49,209 bases of DNA, from NCBI GenBank assembly GCA_041577335.1, contig JBFGJH010000018.1:1-49209 (forward strand), given 5' to 3'. Positions 29,558 to 40,340 of this stretch are shown one piece after another; within the stretch, counting starts at the first letter, position 1, and each line of letters starts with the position of its first letter. This stretch comes from Acidimicrobiia bacterium (GTDB lineage Bacteria > Actinomycetota > Acidimicrobiia > Spongiisociales > JAENVV01). Under the pieces are notes generated by a model. That model saw nothing but the letters and a program-made list of their open reading frames with translations, was not told the DNA's origin and ran no database searches. Made by a program: the position numbers and the translations under genes.

Positions 29558-30955
29558 GTGACTCAAGTAACGGACGCCGACTGGGTTCTCTTTCGGGAGA
29601 CGCTGCAGGCAAAAGTCGAGCCGTCGACGTGGCAGCGATGGCTGGCAGCATTGGATTGCCAGGATCAGGACTCGGAGATACTCAAACTTCATGCACCGAG
29701 CCAGTTTCACCTGAAGTGGATTCTTGACAAGCACCTAGCCACACTCGAAGACGCCGCCCAGACGGTCTTTGGATCCGAGGTTCGTATCGAGCTCGAGGCC
29801 GACGACGAGGACGACCTCGAAATCCTCTCACTACCCCGCACTGTTATCGCAACTCCCGGACACGACCGGGTGAGCGACCAGGTGAACGACCAGGTGAACG
29901 ACCAGATCATCCCGGCCGCCGCTCCCCGCGAGGGCCGCCTTCTGGCGCGCTATACGTTCGACAACTTCATCGTCGGCCCTTCGAACCGGTTTGCCCACGC
30001 CGCAGCCATGGCGGTCACGGAGCAGCCGGGAACGCATTACAACCCGCTATTCATCTACGGCGCCGCAGGCCTCGGTAAAACCCACCTGCTCCACGCCGTG
30101 GGACATCACGCCATAGAGCTTCAGCCACGCACTCGGATCCGGTACATCACGTCGGAGAACTTCTTCAATCAGTTCATCGACGGAATCCGACGCAAACGGA
30201 TGGATGAGTTCAAGTCGCAATACCGGACAACTGACTTGTTGCTACTCGATGACGTGCAATTCTTCGAAGGCAAAGAACAAATCCTCGAGGAATTCTTCCA
30301 CACCTTCAATGCCCTCTACGAACAGGGCAAACAGATGGTGATTTCATCCGATCGGCACCCGCGCAACCTGGCGACACTCGAGGATCGGCTACGGAGCAGG
30401 TTCGAGTGGGGTCTTCTCACGGACATCCACCCTCCGGACGTCGAAACTCGTTTGGCGATCTTGAGAAAGAACACTGACGGCGCTCGCCACGAGTTCCCTG
30501 AGGATGTCTTGGAGTTCATCGCGACCCACGTTGAAAACAACATACGGGAGCTCGAGGGTGCGCTCACTCGGGTGACTGCCTTTGCCACGCTGCATCACAC
30601 GGCCGTCGATCTCACCATGGCAACCGACGTCCTCCGAGATCTCGTGCCCCCTTCGGCACCTCGGCCGCTCACACCCGATGACATCATGCGTGCCGTCGCC
30701 GTTCGCTACAACTTCTCGATGGCTGATCTCACTGGCAAGAGCAGGAAGGCGCCGCTCGCCCTAGCTCGCCAAATCGCGATGTACATCTGCCGCGAGTTGA
30801 CCGATCTATCCCTGCCGAACATCGGGCGCCTCTTCGGTGGCAGAGATCACACCACGGTGATGCACGCCGTTGCCAAGGTGAAGCTGCTCATGGAGCAAGA
30901 TCCTGAGGTCTTCGACGGCGTCACGGCTTTGTCCAAAGAACTGAGGACAACATGA
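29558..30955 (+). CDS. dnaA: Chromosomal replication initiator DnaA
   Basis: [54 protein letters not shown] before GTG. Confidence 0.98.
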   Translation: MTQVTDADWVLFRETLQAKVEPSTWQRWLAALDCQDQDSEILKLHAPSQFHLKWILDKHLATLEDAAQTVFGSEVRIELEADDEDDLEILSLPRTVIATPGHDRVSDQVNDQVNDQIIPAAAPREGRLLARYTFDNFIVGPSNRFAHAAAMAVTEQPGTHYNPLFIYGAAGLGKTHLLHAVGHHAIELQPRTRIRYITSENFFNQFIDGIRRKRMDEFKSQYRTTDLLLLDDVQFFEGKEQILEEFFHTFNALYEQGKQMVISSDRHPRNLATLEDRLRSRFEWGLLTDIHPPDVETRLAILRKNTDGARHEFPEDVLEFIATHVENNIRELEGALTRVTAFATLHHTAVDLTMATDVLRDLVPPSAPRPLTPDDIMRAVAVRYNFSMADLTGKSRKAPLALARQIAMYICRELTDLSLPNIGRLFGGRDHTTVMHAVAKVKLLMEQDPEVFDGVTALSKELRTT

Positions 30956-31144
30956 GTATTCTCCACAGGCGCGATCCTGCGCCGGCCGGGCCTGGGGACG
31001 GTGTCACCGTTCCTCGCAGGGCCCTGTGGACGGATTAGCGCCGTAACCAAAGGCCTGTGACATGTTTTCCACTTTTCAACAACCGCCTACTACTTCTCCT
31101 ACCAATAATTAACTAGACAGTAGAAACAGAAGGAACCGAACCCT
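30956..31144. other. oriC (dnaA-dnaN intergenic) with DnaA boxes, DnaA-trios and AT-rich unwinding region
   Basis: TTCTCCACA 30959-30967, TGTGGACGG, tandem TTTTCCACT/TTTTCAACA 31065-31081, then GCC and TAC-TAC-TTC-TCC-TAC, then AATAATTAA. Confidence 0.85.
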
Positions 31145-32236
31145 GTGAAGATCCGTGCTGAACGAGACGACCTTGCCGATGTCTTCGGCCGAGCCAATCG
31201 GGCTGTAGGGGCGAGGGCTGCCGCCCCTCCGTTAACAGGCGTGCTGTGTGACGTCACGGGATCGACGCTGCGCGTCACGGGGACCGACCTGGAGATCACG
31301 GTTCGGACCATGACCGAAGTCGAGGTCATGGAGGAAGGCCGTTCGGTCATCCCTGCCAAGTTCGTGACCGAGGCCATTCGCAAGATGCCGGTAGGTGCTG
31401 TCACGCTGGAGTCGAAGGAGGGCGAGCTCACGATCACAGGGCAGGGTCCCAAGTTCACGGTCAGGGAATTCTCCGTCGATGAGTTTCCTGTGCTCGAGGC
31501 CCCCGACATGGGCAACGCAACTGCGGTCGATGGAAATCAGTTGGCCGAGGCCATTGCTCAGGTGACGGTCGCCGCATCAGCCGATGCCACTCGGCCGATT
31601 CTGACCGGTGTGCTCGTCGAGAACGACGACGACGGCGTCCGGTTGGTCGCCACCGACTCGTACCGCTTGGCAGTGCGAACAGTGAAGGGGGTTGCTGCGC
31701 CGGAGACCGGAGGCCTTGTTCCGGCCCGTGGTCTCCGAGAAATGACCCGCACCGTCGGAACCGACAACGTGCAAATGGCGGTACCGCCGCGAGAGGCCAT
31801 CTTCAGATCCGATTTGGGAACGATCACGATGCGTTTGATCGAGGGGACGTTTCCCAACTACCGCCAGCTGCTGCCTGACTCCTACCCGAATCGAGTCGTC
31901 GTGAACCGGGAGGGACTGCTCGAAGCGCTCGCCCGTGCCGAGCTCGTCGCTGAAGATCACATACCGGTCCGCCTGAAAATGGCCGAAGGCGGAGTCGAGA
32001 TCACGGTCACTCGCCAGGATGTGGGAGGCGAGGCTGAGCACCTGGCAGGTGATTACTCCGGAGAGGCCGACGAAGTCCTCATCGCATTCAACCCCCGATA
32101 CTTGCGTGACGGGGTATCGGTGATGAGCGCAGATGAGATCGAGATCCAGGTGATCGACGGCCTCAAGCCGAGTGTGATTCGTGGCGTCGGGCAGGAGGAT
32201 TTCCTGTATCTCCTCATGCCCGTCCGGATTCCGTGA
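31145..32236 (+). CDS. dnaN: DNA polymerase III beta clamp
   Basis: GTDLEI, VATDSYRL, GTFPNY, AFNP.YL, YLLMPVR. Confidence 0.96.
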   Translation: MKIRAERDDLADVFGRANRAVGARAAAPPLTGVLCDVTGSTLRVTGTDLEITVRTMTEVEVMEEGRSVIPAKFVTEAIRKMPVGAVTLESKEGELTITGQGPKFTVREFSVDEFPVLEAPDMGNATAVDGNQLAEAIAQVTVAASADATRPILTGVLVENDDDGVRLVATDSYRLAVRTVKGVAAPETGGLVPARGLREMTRTVGTDNVQMAVPPREAIFRSDLGTITMRLIEGTFPNYRQLLPDSYPNRVVVNREGLLEALARAELVAEDHIPVRLKMAEGGVEITVTRQDVGGEAEHLAGDYSGEADEVLIAFNPRYLRDGVSVMSADEIEIQVIDGLKPSVIRGVGQEDFLYLLMPVRIP

Positions 32237-33330
32237 TACTCGAGTGGCTCGAGCTTGCATCATTCCGTTCGTACCAGGAACTCACATTTCGTCCTGATCC
32301 GTCGATCAATATCCTGGTTGGCCCGAACGCCATCGGAAAGACCAACCTCCTCGAGGCGGTCGCCTATCTCGCTTCATTGAAGAGTTTCAGGGGCGCCCCC
32401 GAGGAGGCCCTGGTGTCGCTTGGCGCACCGGCGGCCATCATCCGTGGTGAAGTGGAACATCAGAGGTCACGATCTCTCGTGGAGATCGAACTGCCTCGTC
32501 AAGGCCGCCGGCGTGTTCAGGTCAACCGCCAGCGCCTCGCTCGGAGCACCGATCTCCTCGGTCATCTGCGCATGATTGTTTTTCTCCCGGACGACTTGGA
32601 CACGATCAAGCGCTCCCCGTCCTACCGTCGAAACTTCATCGACGAGGTATGTATCCAGATGTGGCCGGGATCACACCTCGATCAATCCGACTACGAGCGG
32701 GCGTTACGGCAGCGAAACACGCTGCTACGACAGATGGGCCGAGAGGCTGATCCGGTGACCTTGGGCGTTTGGAATGAACGGTTGGCCGCGGCGGGCGCCA
32801 AGGTGATGATCCGGCGCGCCCGAGCAATCGAGGCTCTTTCCGCCCATGTGAAGGCGGCGTATCAAGCGTTGGCAAGCTCGAATATCACGATTGCCCTTGG
32901 ATACGACAGCGAATGGGGCGGTGGACTCTCCATCGATACACCCGAGGCGGAGTGGGCGGCCCGGCTGTGGAGCGCTCTGGAGGCTGCAGAGCGGGCCGAC
33001 AAGGACCGGCGAACAACAACCGTTGGTCTCCACCGCGACGAGCCTACCTTTGCCCTCGATGGCCGCCCGTCACGAACTCACGCATCACAGGGCGAGCAAC
33101 GAACGTTGGTGCTGGCGCTACGACTTGCCGCCCATCGGGCCGTTGCGGAGCTGGCCGGCCTCTCTCCGCTCCTCGTGCTCGACGACGTGTTTTCCGAGCT
33201 CGACTTGCAGAGGGCCCGGTCTCTGGCCTCGGCCCTACCCGAAGCACAGACGTTCATCACCACCGCTCGCCACGAGGAGGTGCCCGTTCTGGGTCGGCGA
33301 TGGACCGTTACCGAAGGTCGGGTTGAATAG
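32233..33330 (+). CDS. recF: DNA replication/repair protein RecF
   Basis: FRSY, GPNAIGKTNLLEA, SQGEQR, LDDVFSELD. Confidence 0.95.
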   Translation: MILEWLELASFRSYQELTFRPDPSINILVGPNAIGKTNLLEAVAYLASLKSFRGAPEEALVSLGAPAAIIRGEVEHQRSRSLVEIELPRQGRRRVQVNRQRLARSTDLLGHLRMIVFLPDDLDTIKRSPSYRRNFIDEVCIQMWPGSHLDQSDYERALRQRNTLLRQMGREADPVTLGVWNERLAAAGAKVMIRRARAIEALSAHVKAAYQALASSNITIALGYDSEWGGGLSIDTPEAEWAARLWSALEAAERADKDRRTTTVGLHRDEPTFALDGRPSRTHASQGEQRTLVLALRLAAHRAVAELAGLSPLLVLDDVFSELDLQRARSLASALPEAQTFITTARHEEVPVLGRRWTVTEGRVE

Positions 33331-33334
33331 GCAT

Positions 33335-33637
33335 ATGGACCGGCCACCTCTCGAATCGATCGATACGCCGCTCAGGAACGCCCTTCGGCACCTCGGACTC
33401 GGAGAGATCGAGGTCTTGCTGAGGCTGCTGAGGGAGTGGGATTCGATGGCGGGCCCACCGTGGTCGGGGGCATCCGAGCCAGTAAAACTCCAGGCCGGAG
33501 AACTGGTGGTTCGGGCCGAGAGATCAAGTTCTGTACGGGTCCTTCGTTATGCCACGGGCAGTCTGATCGAGCGTCTCGACACTCAACTCGGCGAGGGAGT
33601 GGTGACTTCGGTCCGAGTTGTTGTGCCAGGCTCGTAA
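33335..33637 (+). CDS. DUF721 / DciA family protein
   Basis: W..MAG, S.P.KL..GEL.V.A; canonical position between recF and gyrB. Confidence 0.8.
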   Translation: MDRPPLESIDTPLRNALRHLGLGEIEVLLRLLREWDSMAGPPWSGASEPVKLQAGELVVRAERSSSVRVLRYATGSLIERLDTQLGEGVVTSVRVVVPGS

Positions 33638-33675
33638 TACCCTTATCCCATAGGCTTTTTTGGCTGCCGACAGTC

Positions 33676-33704
33676 TTGGGAATTGTCCGCCCAGACGGTA
33701 TAAT
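33676..33704 (+). promoter_or_regulatory. Putative gyrB promoter
   Basis: TTGGGA-17 nt-TATAAT; DnaA-box-like TTATCCATA at 33643-33651 upstream. Confidence 0.6.
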
Positions 33705-33924
33705 CACATTGTTGTAAATAGCCGCTAAACCGAGCCCAGGGCGGGTCGTCACGGGAGATTCTGTCCGAGGGACCTGAGACTCTGAGACAGGGATCACCAC
33801 CCTCTGACGAGAGCACTGTCGATGTTGTTCTTGGCAACGGGTTCCGAAGCCCTTCGGACCCCACCCGTCAGACCCGGATTTTTCTGGTGCCCGTGGACTC
33901 GATAGCGGATAAGTGAGGATTGTT

Positions 33925-35841
33925 TTGACCACACACAAGAACGGCTCGTACGGCGCCTCGGACATCACCGTCCTGGAAGGTCTCGAACCGGTCCGCAAAC
34001 GCCCCGGCATGTATATCGGATCAACGGGGCCGCGTGGTCTTCACCACCTCGTGTGGGAAGTTGTCGACAACTCCGTGGACGAAGCCATGGCAGGAGAGTG
34101 CACCCGCATCGAGGTCACGCTCCTCAGCGACGGAGGTGTGCGCGTCTCGGACAATGGTCGAGGCATTCCGGTCAGCAAGCACAAGACCAGCAAGGAGTCC
34201 GCCCTCACCACGGTCCTCACGACACTCCACGCGGGTGGCAAGTTCGAGGCCGGGGCCTATCAGGTGTCAGGTGGGCTACACGGTGTCGGTGTGTCGGTGG
34301 TCAACGCTCTCTCGAGCAGGCTCGATGCCGAGATCCGCCGGGACGGTCATGTCTGGACCCAGTCATTCGTTCATGGGACCCCGCAAGGTCCTGTGAAAAA
34401 AGGCAAGCCCATCAAGAAGACGGGAACGACGATCACTTTCTGGCCCTCCGAGGCAACGTTCACCGAAACACGGGAGTTCAACTACGGGACGATCGTCGCC
34501 CGGCTGCGTGAGATGGCGTTTCTCAATCGGGGCCTCGAAATCAGGCTGCGCGACGAGCGTCCTGAAGAGCCCGTCGAAGACTCGTTCTTGTACAGGCTGG
34601 GCCTCATCGATTTCGTCAAGCACCTCAATTCGACCCGAGAGCCCTCCCACCCCCACATCATCCAGTTCGAAGACGAGGCAGACGAGCACGAGCTCGACGT
34701 TGCGATGCAATGGACTACCGGATATACCGAGACGGTCCTGACGTTTGCCAACAACATCAACACCCATGAGGGCGGAACTCACGAAGAGGGCTTCCGCACC
34801 GCCCTCACGAGGGCGATCAACGAATTTGCTCGTGCCAAGGGGGTCCTCAAAGAGAAGGACGACAACTTCAGTGGCGACGATGTCCGCGAAGGCCTCACGG
34901 CCATCGTGTCGGTGAAGGTACGTGAGCCCCAGTTCGAGGGCCAAACCAAGACCAAGCTCGGCAACACCGAGATCCGCGGGTACGTTCTCAAAGCCCTGAA
35001 TCGCCGTCTTCCCGAGTGGCTCGAGCGGAACGCCGGCGAGGGTCGGCGCATCGCCGAAAAGTGCCTCCAAGCCCAGAAAGCACGCCAGGCAGCCCGCAAA
35101 GCACGCGATCTGACCCGGCGAAAGAGTGCTCTGGAGTCGTCGAGCCTTCCCGGGAAACTCGCCGACTGCTCGTCGCGCAACGCCGAGGAGTCGGAGCTGT
35201 TCATCGTCGAGGGTGATTCGGCGGCGGGCCCTGCCAAGCAGGCGCGTGACTCCATGTATCAAGCGATCCTGCCGATCCGGGGCAAGATCTTGAACGTCGA
35301 GAAGGCCCGGCTGGCGAAAGCCCTCCAAAACATCGAGGTGCAGGGCATCATCACCGCCTCAGGAACCGGCATTGGTGAAGAATTCGACATCGAAAAAGCT
35401 CGGTATCACAAGATCGTGATCCTTGCCGACGCTGATGTAGACGGGGCGCACATTCGCACTCTGCTGCTCACTCTCTTGTTCCGCCACCTCAAGGGCCTCA
35501 TCGAGGCCGGCTACGTCTACATAGCGGTTCCTCCGCTGTACCGCGTGAAGATGGGCAAAGAGGTCATCTATCTCAAGGACGACGCGGCGCTCGACGCCTT
35601 ACGAGAAGAGCACAAGGGCCGCAAGATCACTCCCAACCGTTTCAAAGGCCTCGGCGAAATGAACGCCAACGAGCTCTGGGAGACATCGATGAATCCCGAG
35701 ACTCGTACGTTGGTGAGGGTCGAGATCGAGGACGCAGCCATCGCCGACGAGATGTTCTCGACGCTGATGGGCGACGACGTGGCGTCGCGAAAGGCATTCA
35801 TCCAGCAGAACGCCAAAGACGTTCGCTTCTTGGACATCTAG
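33925..35841 (+). CDS. gyrB: DNA gyrase subunit B (start TTG 33925 or GTG 33913)
   Basis: [54 protein letters not shown]. Confidence 0.97.
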   Translation: MTTHKNGSYGASDITVLEGLEPVRKRPGMYIGSTGPRGLHHLVWEVVDNSVDEAMAGECTRIEVTLLSDGGVRVSDNGRGIPVSKHKTSKESALTTVLTTLHAGGKFEAGAYQVSGGLHGVGVSVVNALSSRLDAEIRRDGHVWTQSFVHGTPQGPVKKGKPIKKTGTTITFWPSEATFTETREFNYGTIVARLREMAFLNRGLEIRLRDERPEEPVEDSFLYRLGLIDFVKHLNSTREPSHPHIIQFEDEADEHELDVAMQWTTGYTETVLTFANNINTHEGGTHEEGFRTALTRAINEFARAKGVLKEKDDNFSGDDVREGLTAIVSVKVREPQFEGQTKTKLGNTEIRGYVLKALNRRLPEWLERNAGEGRRIAEKCLQAQKARQAARKARDLTRRKSALESSSLPGKLADCSSRNAEESELFIVEGDSAAGPAKQARDSMYQAILPIRGKILNVEKARLAKALQNIEVQGIITASGTGIGEEFDIEKARYHKIVILADADVDGAHIRTLLLTLLFRHLKGLIEAGYVYIAVPPLYRVKMGKEVIYLKDDAALDALREEHKGRKITPNRFKGLGEMNANELWETSMNPETRTLVRVEIEDAAIADEMFSTLMGDDVASRKAFIQQNAKDVRFLDI

Positions 35842-35859
35842 AAGCGGCGAGGAGAAACC

Positions 35860-38304
35860 ATGGCAGACGACACCCAAATCAGCGAACCCGCGCGGATACC
35901 CGACATAGATATCAACGACGAGATCTCATCGTCGTTCCTCGACTATGCGATGTCGGTGATCGTGTCACGGGCTTTGCCCGATGTCAGGGACGGGCTCAAG
36001 CCCGTGCAGCGCCGCATCATCTATGCGATGTTCGAATCGGGCATCACGGCGACCGGTCCTCACCGCAAGAGCTCCAAAGTTGTAGGTGAGGTCATGGGGA
36101 ACTACCACCCCCACGGTGACACTGCGATCTATGACGCCCTCGTCCGGATGGGTCAAGACTTTTCGATGCGGTATCCGCTCATCGACCCGCAAGGCAACTT
36201 CGGTACTCCCGACGATGGGGCGGCTGCCATGCGATATACGGAGTCGAGGCTCAGTCCACTCGCCGCATACCTGCTCCAGGACATCAAAGAGCGGACTGTT
36301 GATTTCTACCCGAACTACTCGGCCGAGCTGTTTCAACCTACGGTGCTGCCGGCTCGCTTCCCGAACCTCATCGTCAACGGATCGCAGGGGATCGCGGTTG
36401 GCATGGCCACCAATATGGCTCCCCACAACTTGGGTGAGGTGATCGATGCTGTCATATTCGCCATCGACAATCCCGACGCGCCGCCCGAGGCGTTCCTCGA
36501 TTTCGTCAAGGCTCCCGACTTCCCGACTGGGGGATACATCGTGGGCACCGCCGGAAGTCGCGAAGCAATCCTGACCGGCCGTGGCTCAATCAAGATTCGT
36601 GCCGTCTGCGATGTCGAAGAGGTGCGAAAAGGGCGGACGGCGATCATCGTCACGGAGCTTCCCTACCAAGTTGCCCATGCCCGGCTCATCGCCAAGATCG
36701 CCGATCTGGTGAATGACAAGAGGCTCGAAGGAATTGCCGACATTCATGACCACTCGAGCTCGAGGGTCGGCACCAGAATCGTCATCGAGCTGAAGAAGGA
36801 CGCCGTTCCTCAGGTCGTCCTCAATCAGTTGTTCAAGCTGACCCAGCTGCAGGATTCGTTCGGAGTAAACAACGTTGCGCTGGTCGATGGTGTGCCACGC
36901 ACGCTGAACATGGCCGAAATGGTTGGCTACTACATCGACCATCAGATGGAGGTCATCGAGCGGCGGACCCAATACCGCCTGGAAAAGGCTGAGGAGCGCC
37001 TTCACATCGTCGAGGGTTTGCTCATCGCAGTGGACAACATCGATGAAGTAGTGGCGATCATCCGAGGCGCCGAAGACACCGAAGCCGCCCGAGCCGCCTT
37101 GATGGAACGGTTCGAGCTCAGTGAGATTCAGTCGAACGCCATCCTCGAGATGCGGTTGCGCAGGCTCACCGGCCTGGAGATCACCAAGCTGCGAGACGAG
37201 CATGAGAGCCTCACAGCTCTGATCGTCGAGTTGAGATTGATCCTCCGCGATCCACAGTTGCGTCGGTCGATCATCAAGGACGAGCTGGGTGAGATCCGCG
37301 ACAAGTTCTCTGACAGCCGCCGCAGTCGGATCATTCCTGACGAGGGTGACCTCTCACTGGAAGACCTCATCGCCGACGATGAACTCATCATTTCGGTCAC
37401 CAAAGCCGGCTACATCAAGTCGGTGACTGCCGCGACCTTCCGGGCCCAGGGGAGAGGCGGTCGGGGTGTGAAGTCCAATGAGACTCGCGAGGATGACGTC
37501 GTCACCCACCTCCTCCATACGACGGCTCACGCCTACCTGTTGTTTTTCACCAATGAGGGTCGGGTCCACCGGATCAAGGCCCATCAAGTGCCCCGACAGG
37601 GGAGAACCGCCAAGGGAGTGCTCGCCCAGGGCGTCTTGCCATTGGAGCCCGAAGAGCGTATCGAGGCCGTGATCGACACTCGCGACTACGAAACGTCCCG
37701 CTATCTGGTCATGGTCACCAAGGACGGCGTCGTCAAGAAGTCATCGTTCAGCGATTACGACTCACGCCAACAGACGTTGATAGCCATCAAGCTGCAAGAG
37801 GGCGACGAAGTGGTTGCCGTCCGGGCGACCAACGGCGAGAACGACTTGCTGATGTTCACACGCGACGGGATGGGCATCCGCTTCGCGGAGGCCGATCTGA
37901 GGCCGATGGGCAGGGCAACGCAGGGTGTCCGAGGGATGAAACTCCGCGAAGGCGACGCCGTGGTCGGAGCGGCCTCGAACGACGAAGCCGAGGAAATACT
38001 CTTGATCACCAGCGGCGGATATGGCAAGCGGACGAAGGTCGCCGAGTTCCGGCCGCAGAAGCGGGGCGGCCTCGGCCTCAAGGCAATGAAACTGACGCGG
38101 GTGCGCGGCACCGTCGTCGGTGCCCGGTCCGTCCCGGACGGATCCGAGATCTTCGTTGTTTCTTCGGGTGGCGTTGCCATTCGGACCGCCGTTGGCCATA
38201 TCAGTCGCCAGAAACGCGAAGCCTCTGGTGTCAAGATCATCGACTTGCCGGCCGATCAGGAGGTCGCTGCGTTCGCGCCGGTGATCACCGAGGACGACGA
38301 GTAA
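35860..38304 (+). CDS. gyrA: DNA gyrase subunit A
   Basis: [25 protein letters not shown], GyrA-box QGRGGRG, C-terminal pinwheel repeats. Confidence 0.97.
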   Translation: MADDTQISEPARIPDIDINDEISSSFLDYAMSVIVSRALPDVRDGLKPVQRRIIYAMFESGITATGPHRKSSKVVGEVMGNYHPHGDTAIYDALVRMGQDFSMRYPLIDPQGNFGTPDDGAAAMRYTESRLSPLAAYLLQDIKERTVDFYPNYSAELFQPTVLPARFPNLIVNGSQGIAVGMATNMAPHNLGEVIDAVIFAIDNPDAPPEAFLDFVKAPDFPTGGYIVGTAGSREAILTGRGSIKIRAVCDVEEVRKGRTAIIVTELPYQVAHARLIAKIADLVNDKRLEGIADIHDHSSSRVGTRIVIELKKDAVPQVVLNQLFKLTQLQDSFGVNNVALVDGVPRTLNMAEMVGYYIDHQMEVIERRTQYRLEKAEERLHIVEGLLIAVDNIDEVVAIIRGAEDTEAARAALMERFELSEIQSNAILEMRLRRLTGLEITKLRDEHESLTALIVELRLILRDPQLRRSIIKDELGEIRDKFSDSRRSRIIPDEGDLSLEDLIADDELIISVTKAGYIKSVTAATFRAQGRGGRGVKSNETREDDVVTHLLHTTAHAYLLFFTNEGRVHRIKAHQVPRQGRTAKGVLAQGVLPLEPEERIEAVIDTRDYETSRYLVMVTKDGVVKKSSFSDYDSRQQTLIAIKLQEGDEVVAVRATNGENDLLMFTRDGMGIRFAEADLRPMGRATQGVRGMKLREGDAVVGAASNDEAEEILLITSGGYGKRTKVAEFRPQKRGGLGLKAMKLTRVRGTVVGARSVPDGSEIFVVSSGGVAIRTAVGHISRQKREASGVKIIDLPADQEVAAFAPVITEDDE

Positions 38305-38409
38305 GGGAACTACCGCACACACCGTCACGTTGAAGGGTGGGCGAACGAATGCAAGAGAAGGGCACGGGCGAGGGTACACTCGTCCCGAGTCGGTAAGGAG
38401 AAGACGCGT

Positions 38410-38919
38410 ATGGCGTCGGTACGTCGGGTTAGAAGGATCGTTCGAAAGATCGATCCGTGGACGGTTCTCAAAGTGTCATTTGTTTTCTACGCCGTCATGG
38501 CGCTGGGAATCGTGCTCGGCCTGGTCATCTTCTGGTCGTTCGTAAACGCCGCCGGGTATCCGGACACCATCGAATCGTTCCTTGCCGATATCTCGATCTG
38601 GGAGTCGGGCGAATCGCCACTGGTGCCGGAGGGCGAGGTTCTGTTCAGGACGTCGGCATTCCTCGCTGTTGCATGGACGGTCTTGATGACCGGGTTCACG
38701 ACGCTCGCCGCCGTGATGTACAACCTCACGGCCGATGTCGTCGGCGGCCTCGAGGTGGTTGTGCTGGAGGAGACTTTGAATGTGCCGGCGACGGCTGCGC
38801 CAAACCAGACATCACAAACGCGGCCAGTTCAGTCGTGGCAGGCGCCTGCTGTGGCAGGCTCGGCGCCCCGGTCGCTGGAGACCCCGAAATCGCCCGAGGT
38901 CACCGAAGTCAACGCCTAG
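38410..38919 (+). CDS. DUF3566 family membrane protein
   Basis: IDPWTVLKVS, YNL.A..VGGLEV; canonical position after gyrA. Confidence 0.88.
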   Translation: MASVRRVRRIVRKIDPWTVLKVSFVFYAVMALGIVLGLVIFWSFVNAAGYPDTIESFLADISIWESGESPLVPEGEVLFRTSAFLAVAWTVLMTGFTTLAAVMYNLTADVVGGLEVVVLEETLNVPATAAPNQTSQTRPVQSWQAPAVAGSAPRSLETPKSPEVTEVNA

Positions 38920-38925
38920 ATCCGG

Positions 38926-39561
38926 TCAGTGTCCGGGAACTGCGGCGAACTCAATTCCGGCTGCCTGAGCCTCTTCGAGGAATCGCGGTCCTGGGCTCTC
39001 TTCACCTTCGAGAAAGCTGATAGCTCGGGCAACCAGGCTGATCGAGGTCATGTAGAGCACGTCATCTACCGCAGCGATCGTTCGTTGCCGGCCATCTCCG
39101 TCAGTGGCCTGTACCAACACACCAGCCCATTGCCCGTCGTTGGGAACCACGACCCCAGTGGGCGTCTCGGACCCATGGACCCTGCCGAGTGGCTCCGGAA
39201 AGTCAACGACGACGCCTTCCCGCAGCTCTGAGCCAGACGCGGTCCAGGCGACAAGCTCAATGTCGTCTCCGTTCATTTGGCTGGCGAGGGAGGCGGCCAT
39301 GGTTGACAATCCACCACTCTCAGTGGTGGCCTCGCCTTCAACGGTGACGACCGGTGTGCCAACCTCGAGCGCGGCGGTCACGTACGGGTGGCCGAGATCG
39401 AATGCAATGACCACGTCAGCCGTGAATCCGGTGAGCGGGACGGTGCGCGGCTCGGACGTCTGGGGGCGGGGAACTCCAAGCTGCTCTAGCCGACGATCCG
39501 CCAGCAGCACACGCCCGACGCGCGTCGCCAGTTCATCGCCGGGAGAGAGCCCGACTTTCAC
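38926..39561 (-). CDS. Hypothetical protein
   Basis: 211-aa ORF with protein-like composition; GTGA overlap with upstream small gene. Confidence 0.7.
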   Translation of the reverse strand: MKVGLSPGDELATRVGRVLLADRRLEQLGVPRPQTSEPRTVPLTGFTADVVIAFDLGHPYVTAALEVGTPVVTVEGEATTESGGLSTMAASLASQMNGDDIELVAWTASGSELREGVVVDFPEPLGRVHGSETPTGVVVPNDGQWAGVLVQATDGDGRQRTIAAVDDVLYMTSISLVARAISFLEGEESPGPRFLEEAQAAGIEFAAVPGH

Positions 39562-39713
39562 TGAGTATCGGAACGATCTCCGAAGGGGCGCAACGGGTCG
39601 ACAGGTTTCCAGATGTCTTCGGGGCCTGCTGGTTGTTGCTGTTGCTGCTTGAGATATGCGGCCACGGCGGCACCAGCCACCACCGCGAAGAGAATGAGGC
39701 GTTTGATCTTCAT
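39558..39713 (-). CDS. Small single-TM protein, DLW-39-like
   Basis: MKIKRLILFAVVAGAAVAAYLK...EDIWKPV; near tRNA-Ile; TAGACT 7 nt before ATG. Confidence 0.7.
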   Translation of the reverse strand: MKIKRLILFAVVAGAAVAAYLKQQQQQPAGPEDIWKPVDPLRPFGDRSDTQ

Positions 39714-39819
39714 GAACCGAAGTCTAGATCGCTTCGCAACCGCACGGATCAACGTTCGATGAGAGGAGAAATGGGTCGAGCGACCCATAGATTCCCACAG
39801 AGGGTGGTTGTACCTTGGT

Positions 39820-39995
39820 GTCACGAGTACGGCGCTCGTAGCCCGGGAAACCGGAGGTGAGTCAGAGGCTCCCCCTACGACTTCCCACTTCTGAGATACC
39901 GGGCAACACAGGGGGGGGACGGGTCCCATTGAGAACCCGGGCTAGCTGGGAGGCTAGTTAGGAAAGGACCTGCGGGAACGCGGGTCCTTTTCTCT
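39820..39995 (+). ncRNA. Candidate structured small RNA (unassigned)
   Basis: TACCTT -10 at 39811-39816, nested stems, intrinsic terminator, no convincing ORF on this strand. Confidence 0.5.
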
Positions 39996-39999
39996 TTCT
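39963..39999 (+). terminator. Intrinsic terminator
   Basis: AAAGGACCTGCG-GGAA-CGCGGGTCCTTT followed by TCTCTTTCT. Confidence 0.8.
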
Positions 40000-40062
40000 G
40001 TTGGAAGGCCGGCTTTCGGCTCGGCCTCTCGTCGCACCCGTTGGTGCTGAAGAATCGCACCA

Positions 40063-40316
40063 GGGTGTCACACCGGAGCGGAACAGACGCCGGTCGATCC
40101 CTGCTCCTATGGTCGACCGACTTTGGGCTCGGCGTCGGTTCGTGCGTCCCGTTGCTGGTTCGATGTCGGTCCGGGGTGTCACACCGTGCCCAAACGGACG
40201 CCGGTCGATTCCTGCTCCTATGGTCGACCGACTTTGGGCTCGGCGTCGGTTCGTGCGTCCCGTTACTGGTTCGATGTCGGTCCGGGGTGTCACACCGTGC
40301 CCAAACAGACGCCGGT
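40063..40316. repeat. 111-bp tandem repeat, about 2.3 near-identical copies plus a degenerate upstream copy
   Basis: gggtgtcacaccg at 40063, 40174 and 40285 (period 111). Confidence 0.92.
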
Positions 40317-40340
40317 CGGTCGAGATGTCCTCGCAGACGC

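Noticed and set aside
34363..37203. Long minus-strand ORFs within gyrB/gyrA
   Set aside because: Antisense shadows of highly conserved genes.
39841..39880. GGGAAACCGG...GGTGAG resembling a cobalamin riboswitch core
   Set aside because: Other conserved elements, including the B12 box, are not found, and no same-strand gene follows.
40063..40316. Possible CRISPR array
   Set aside because: Inter-repeat sequences are near-identical rather than unique spacers, and no cas genes are in the window.
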